This document shows, piece by piece, positions 28,937 through 32,000 of a stretch of DNA of 32,000 nucleotides; position 1 is the stretch's first letter, and each line of letters begins with the position of its first letter. The translations under genes were made by a program, and so were the position numbers. A model generated the notes under the pieces. The model was not told the DNA's origin and searched no databases. It was given only the letters and a program-made list of their open reading frames with translations. Source of the stretch: Raphidiopsis brookii D9 (GTDB lineage: Bacteria; Cyanobacteriota; Cyanobacteriia; Cyanobacteriales; Nostocaceae); NCBI GenBank assembly GCA_000175855.1, contig ACYB01000005.1, positions 30,178 to 62,177 on the forward strand, read 5' to 3'.

Positions 28937-30322
28937 ATGAATTTAAGTATTACAACAAAAACCCCAAGAAAAACTACGATAAAAACTGCCAGAATTAATC
29001 TTTTTCTACTGGCTAGTGCACTCGTAACTGCTATTACATCTACTACTTCGTTAGCCACAGACACTATCAGTGCCCAGGACATAGCACAAATTGCTAAGAA
29101 GACATCTGTACAGATTAATACAGAAGGTGATATTACTCCGGGTGGTTCAGGAGTGATTATTGCCCAACAAGGTAATCGTTATTCTGTACTAACGGCCAAT
29201 CACGTGGTCTGTGATATTATAGACAGGCCGGGAAAAATTACCTGTGCTAAAGACATTACCTATTCTGTAAGAACAAATGATGGCAAAGAATACCCGATTC
29301 AATCACAGGACATTATAGTCCTACAGTCAACCAAAAATGATCCTGATTTAGCCCTAGTTAGCTTTGTAGCTACAGAAGAATATCCCGTAGCTAATTTAGG
29401 TGATTCTGACCAAATGACAGAAGCATCAGATGTGTTTGTGGGGGGTTTTCCAGCAGTATTTGGTAAAGTTGGATCAGCCAGAGATTTTAGTTTTAGTAAA
29501 GGGATTGTTCTTTCGCGTGGTAGAACTTCTATTAATGGGTACAGTTTAATTTACGATGCCAAGACCCTGACCGGGAATAGCGGTGGACCGGTTTTTGATA
29601 TTAAGGGTAGAGTGGTGGGAATTCACGGGTTAGCAGACGCCTCGAATAAAAGTAAAACAGAAACGGGAGAACTAGTATCACAGAAAACCGGATTTAATGC
29701 TGGCATTCCCATTAATACTTTTTTGAACTTCAATAACCCCCTGGTTAAAGATCTGCCAATTAAAAGGAATACCATTGCTACTGGGGAAGCGCCACAAGAA
29801 CGTTTAAATTCTCCCCAATCTGCTCGAGATTTCTATGCCAGAGGTATTACTAAGCTGGAACAGTTTAATTATAAAGAGTCTTTAGCTGATCTTGATCAGG
29901 CGATCAAAATTGACCCCAAATATGCAGAAGCTTATTTCAAACGCGGATATGCTCTCAGTTGGCTGAGAAGATACGAAGAAGCCCTTTTGGACTTTAACCA
30001 GGTAATTGCCTTGGATCCAAATTATTTGGATGGTTATCTCAACCGTGGCTGGACTTATATCTGGTTACAAAATGACCAGGCCGCTCTTGAGGATTTCAAT
30101 CGGGTAATTCGTATCAATCCTAATTATGCTGAGGCATACGCCCATCAAGGTATGGCTTATATTAAGCTGGGCAAGTATCAAGCTGCCCTAGAATCTTCTA
30201 AACAAGCTATTAGGTTGGATCCTAATAAAAGTTATGGGTATACGATTCAAGGTGATGTATTCAATTATCTTAAAGACTATCCTGCTGCTATCAATGTTTC
30301 GACTTTTGCAATTAAAAATTGA
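28937..30322 (+). CDS. secreted trypsin-like serine protease with C-terminal TPR repeats (apparently truncated by frameshift)
   Basis: VLTANHVVCD (His), DPDLALVSF (Asp), LTGNSGGPVFD (Ser). Then TPRs: AYFKRGYALSWLRRYEEALLDFNQVIALDPNYLDGYLNRGWTYI... The ORF stops after AIKN. Confidence 0.87.
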   Translation: MNLSITTKTPRKTTIKTARINLFLLASALVTAITSTTSLATDTISAQDIAQIAKKTSVQINTEGDITPGGSGVIIAQQGNRYSVLTANHVVCDIIDRPGKITCAKDITYSVRTNDGKEYPIQSQDIIVLQSTKNDPDLALVSFVATEEYPVANLGDSDQMTEASDVFVGGFPAVFGKVGSARDFSFSKGIVLSRGRTSINGYSLIYDAKTLTGNSGGPVFDIKGRVVGIHGLADASNKSKTETGELVSQKTGFNAGIPINTFLNFNNPLVKDLPIKRNTIATGEAPQERLNSPQSARDFYARGITKLEQFNYKESLADLDQAIKIDPKYAEAYFKRGYALSWLRRYEEALLDFNQVIALDPNYLDGYLNRGWTYIWLQNDQAALEDFNRVIRINPNYAEAYAHQGMAYIKLGKYQAALESSKQAIRLDPNKSYGYTIQGDVFNYLKDYPAAINVSTFAIKN

Positions 30323-30458
30323 TCCAGATGATTTTAATGCCTACATAAATCGTGCTTTAGCATATACTCTCACAGGTAATTATTCAGACGCTCTTGTGGA
30401 CTATCAAAAGTCCGCAGAAATTTTTGAAAGACGTTACACCAGAAAACCTTCAAACTAG
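30323..30458 (+). pseudogene. residual in-register TPR unit of the upstream protease gene in a shifted frame
   Basis: The ORF 30234..30458 encodes LKIDPDDFNAYINRALAYTLTGNYSDALVDYQKSAEIFE, an additional TPR unit. It is joined to the upstream ORF if one A is removed from ttAAAAAtt at 30314-30318. Confidence 0.7.
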
Positions 30459-30670
30459 ATAACCAAAAATATCTGGTATTGAAGGTGCATTACCTACCCT
30501 AACCCACTCTAAAAGAGCGGCGATCGCACTGATAGCGACAAAATTCCCTACCCCTTGAGGTCCTGGGAAGTAACCTGGATTATTCGTCAGAGTAGAATAA
30601 AAATCGCTGAAAGGGTTATACTGCAACAGCTACGGCAATAAGGGTTAATGAGCGATCTCGCGTAGCGAGT

Positions 30671-30739
30671 GCTTAACAAACGCGGATGGTGAGTACTTCG
30701 CGATCGCCCAGTAGGTGTTGCTACGAAGTTTGTTAAAGC
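30671..30739. repeat. imperfect inverted repeat arms in intergenic DNA (gcttaacaaac / gtttgttaaagc)
   Basis: gcttaacaaac at 30671-30681 and gtttgttaaagc at 30728-30739, plus nearby cgtagc (30661-30666) and gctacg (30720-30725). An HIP1 site lies between them. Confidence 0.45.
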
Positions 30740-30853
30740 AAATTGTTATTCGCCTAACCCAAAAATATTTTGGTGCCAGGTATCAGAAATGCCTGGAATG
30801 GCAAGGTTTGGTGGAAATCTGGTAGTTTGCAAATGTTTACAGATGCTGGGAAT

Positions 30854-32000
30854 CTATTGTGTGTTACACTCTGCATGTCTGGATAGGACAGCTGCATGTG
30901 TCTCGGGGAGGGAAGCTCTCACGCACCAACGACGCACCCACCCTAAAAATCCATCTCCAAAAACTAACCCAAACACCCACAACACTAACAAAAATGGCCA
31001 CAGCAATGGCCACAGCACATAGACCACAGCAACCAGCAGCAAACCAAACCCCCACCACTCATTCCAAACCCTCTCTGGAGACGTATAGAAGATATCAGTG
31101 AATATAGCTTTTGGTAGGTGACCTGATGGTACTGTTTGTGAAAAGTTTAAGTCTTCATAAGAGAGCCATTTTCCTGTACTCCTCCATCCGATACGGTCTC
31201 CTAATGATTTATATATGTTTCTACTAAGCCCCTTTGTGGAATTCAGGCTTTGGTATATCTGGTACTGAATGGATATACCAAATTTACCTTGACTGTATTT
31301 TAACCACAGTTCGTCGATGGTCTGCAATCCTTTGCAAGGAAAATTTTCTACATCTTCTTTTCTTAGGTAACCTTCTTTTTCTCGGTTTGCTACCTTTAAC
31401 ATGATTTTTCCGGTTTCTATATCTGCTTGCCTAAACTTTTTGGATTTTAATAGTCTATCTAGTCTTGAGAATAGAGGTCTATAACGAGATGATTTAGCTA
31501 ATTTAGTATCTTTTGAAAGCAGTAAGTTATAAACAGCATCTTTAACCTCCCAGGAATCATCTTTTTCTAAGATTTTCAGTAATAAATCAGTTAAGTTATG
31601 GTTAAGTTTGATAGCTTTTGTGTAATCGTCAATGGCACCCTGCTTATCTCCTAACTCGCTGCGTGTATTCCCACGGTTATAGTAAGATTCGGCATCATTA
31701 GGATTAATTTTGATGTCTTGATTATATTTATCTAATTCTCTATACTTTCTCAATATTTCTAGGTATTTATCTCTGTGGTTTTTAAATATGGAACTAATCC
31801 AATTTTTTGATTCTTTAATAGGTAGATCAAGGATAATTTGTGGTGTTATATTCTTGGAATTAACTAGTAATTTGAGTAATTTACTACTAATTTTAGATTG
31901 ACTAATTTGGTAAAAGTATGCAGCTAGGTCATATTCTTTTATTTCAGTAAATAATTTACCTAATATCTTATATTTTTGATATTTCTTGTTTTTCTTATGG
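30854..32000 (-). CDS. TPR and GUN4 domain protein with hydrophobic C-terminal segment (5' end beyond the window)
   Basis: TPR unit ESYYNRGNTRSELGDKQGAIDDYTKAIKLN, GUN4-like core SRLDRLLKSKKFRQADIETGKIMLKVANREKEGYLRKEDVENFPCKGLQTIDELWLKYSQGKFGISIQYQIYQ, then WGFGLLLVAVVYVLWPLLWPFLLVLWVFGLVFG. The frame is open without a stop from 31753 to the right edge (HKKNKKYQKYKILGKLFTEIKEYDLAAYFYQ...). Confidence 0.78.
   Translation of the reverse strand, partial: HKKNKKYQKYKILGKLFTEIKEYDLAAYFYQISQSKISSKLLKLLVNSKNITPQIILDLPIKESKNWISSIFKNHRDKYLEILRKYRELDKYNQDIKINPNDAESYYNRGNTRSELGDKQGAIDDYTKAIKLNHNLTDLLLKILEKDDSWEVKDAVYNLLLSKDTKLAKSSRYRPLFSRLDRLLKSKKFRQADIETGKIMLKVANREKEGYLRKEDVENFPCKGLQTIDELWLKYSQGKFGISIQYQIYQSLNSTKGLSRNIYKSLGDRIGWRSTGKWLSYEDLNFSQTVPSGHLPKAIFTDIFYTSPERVWNEWWGFGLLLVAVVYVLWPLLWPFLLVLWVFGLVFGDGFLGWVRRWCVRASLPETHAAVLSRHAECNTQ

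Noticed and set aside
23061-30458. Array considered as an anti-phage island, CRISPR or toxin-antitoxin locus
   Set aside because: No direct-repeat/spacer structure, nuclease, methylase, reverse transcriptase or known defence domains. All products look secreted, so an envelope/extracellular role fits better.
1-32000. Transposase or IS element, tRNA or rRNA genes
   Set aside because: No transposase motif in the six-frame track. No tRNA-like cloverleaf or rRNA segment recognised by eye, though tRNAscan and Rfam were not run.

Overview
This is a cyanobacterial window, probably Nostocales; the genus was not determined. The left part (about 0.2-15.0 kb) is a mostly minus-strand block: a conserved hypothetical, hisS, a GAF/PP2C (RsbU-like) phosphatase, ftsY, nusB, a DUF502 membrane protein, an HpsJ-like protein, three pilin-like genes (including hpsC and hpsB) and a very large hpsA. 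The 3' end of ald sits at the left edge on the plus strand. The middle carries a U32 peptidase (plus), a GH13 amylase-like enzyme (minus), a small protein with a PD-(D/E)XK-like signature, glgC and a zinc-finger-less DnaJ/CbpA-type chaperone. The right part (about 23.0-30.5 kb, plus) is the most unusual. It is a compact same-strand array of secreted proteins: five COP23-domain paralogues, an interleaved DUF1565-type right-handed beta-helix protein, and two trypsin-like serine proteases, the second with a TPR tail. A TPR+GUN4 protein with a hydrophobic C-terminal tail enters from the right edge on the minus strand. Three coding sequences (hpsA, the fourth COP23 gene, the protease-TPR gene) each appear to be broken by a single-nucleotide shift at or near a homopolymer, with the missing part of the protein readable in the adjacent frame. 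This needs checking as sequencing error versus real decay or phase variation. The best candidate for an undescribed system is the COP23 / beta-helix / serine-protease array.
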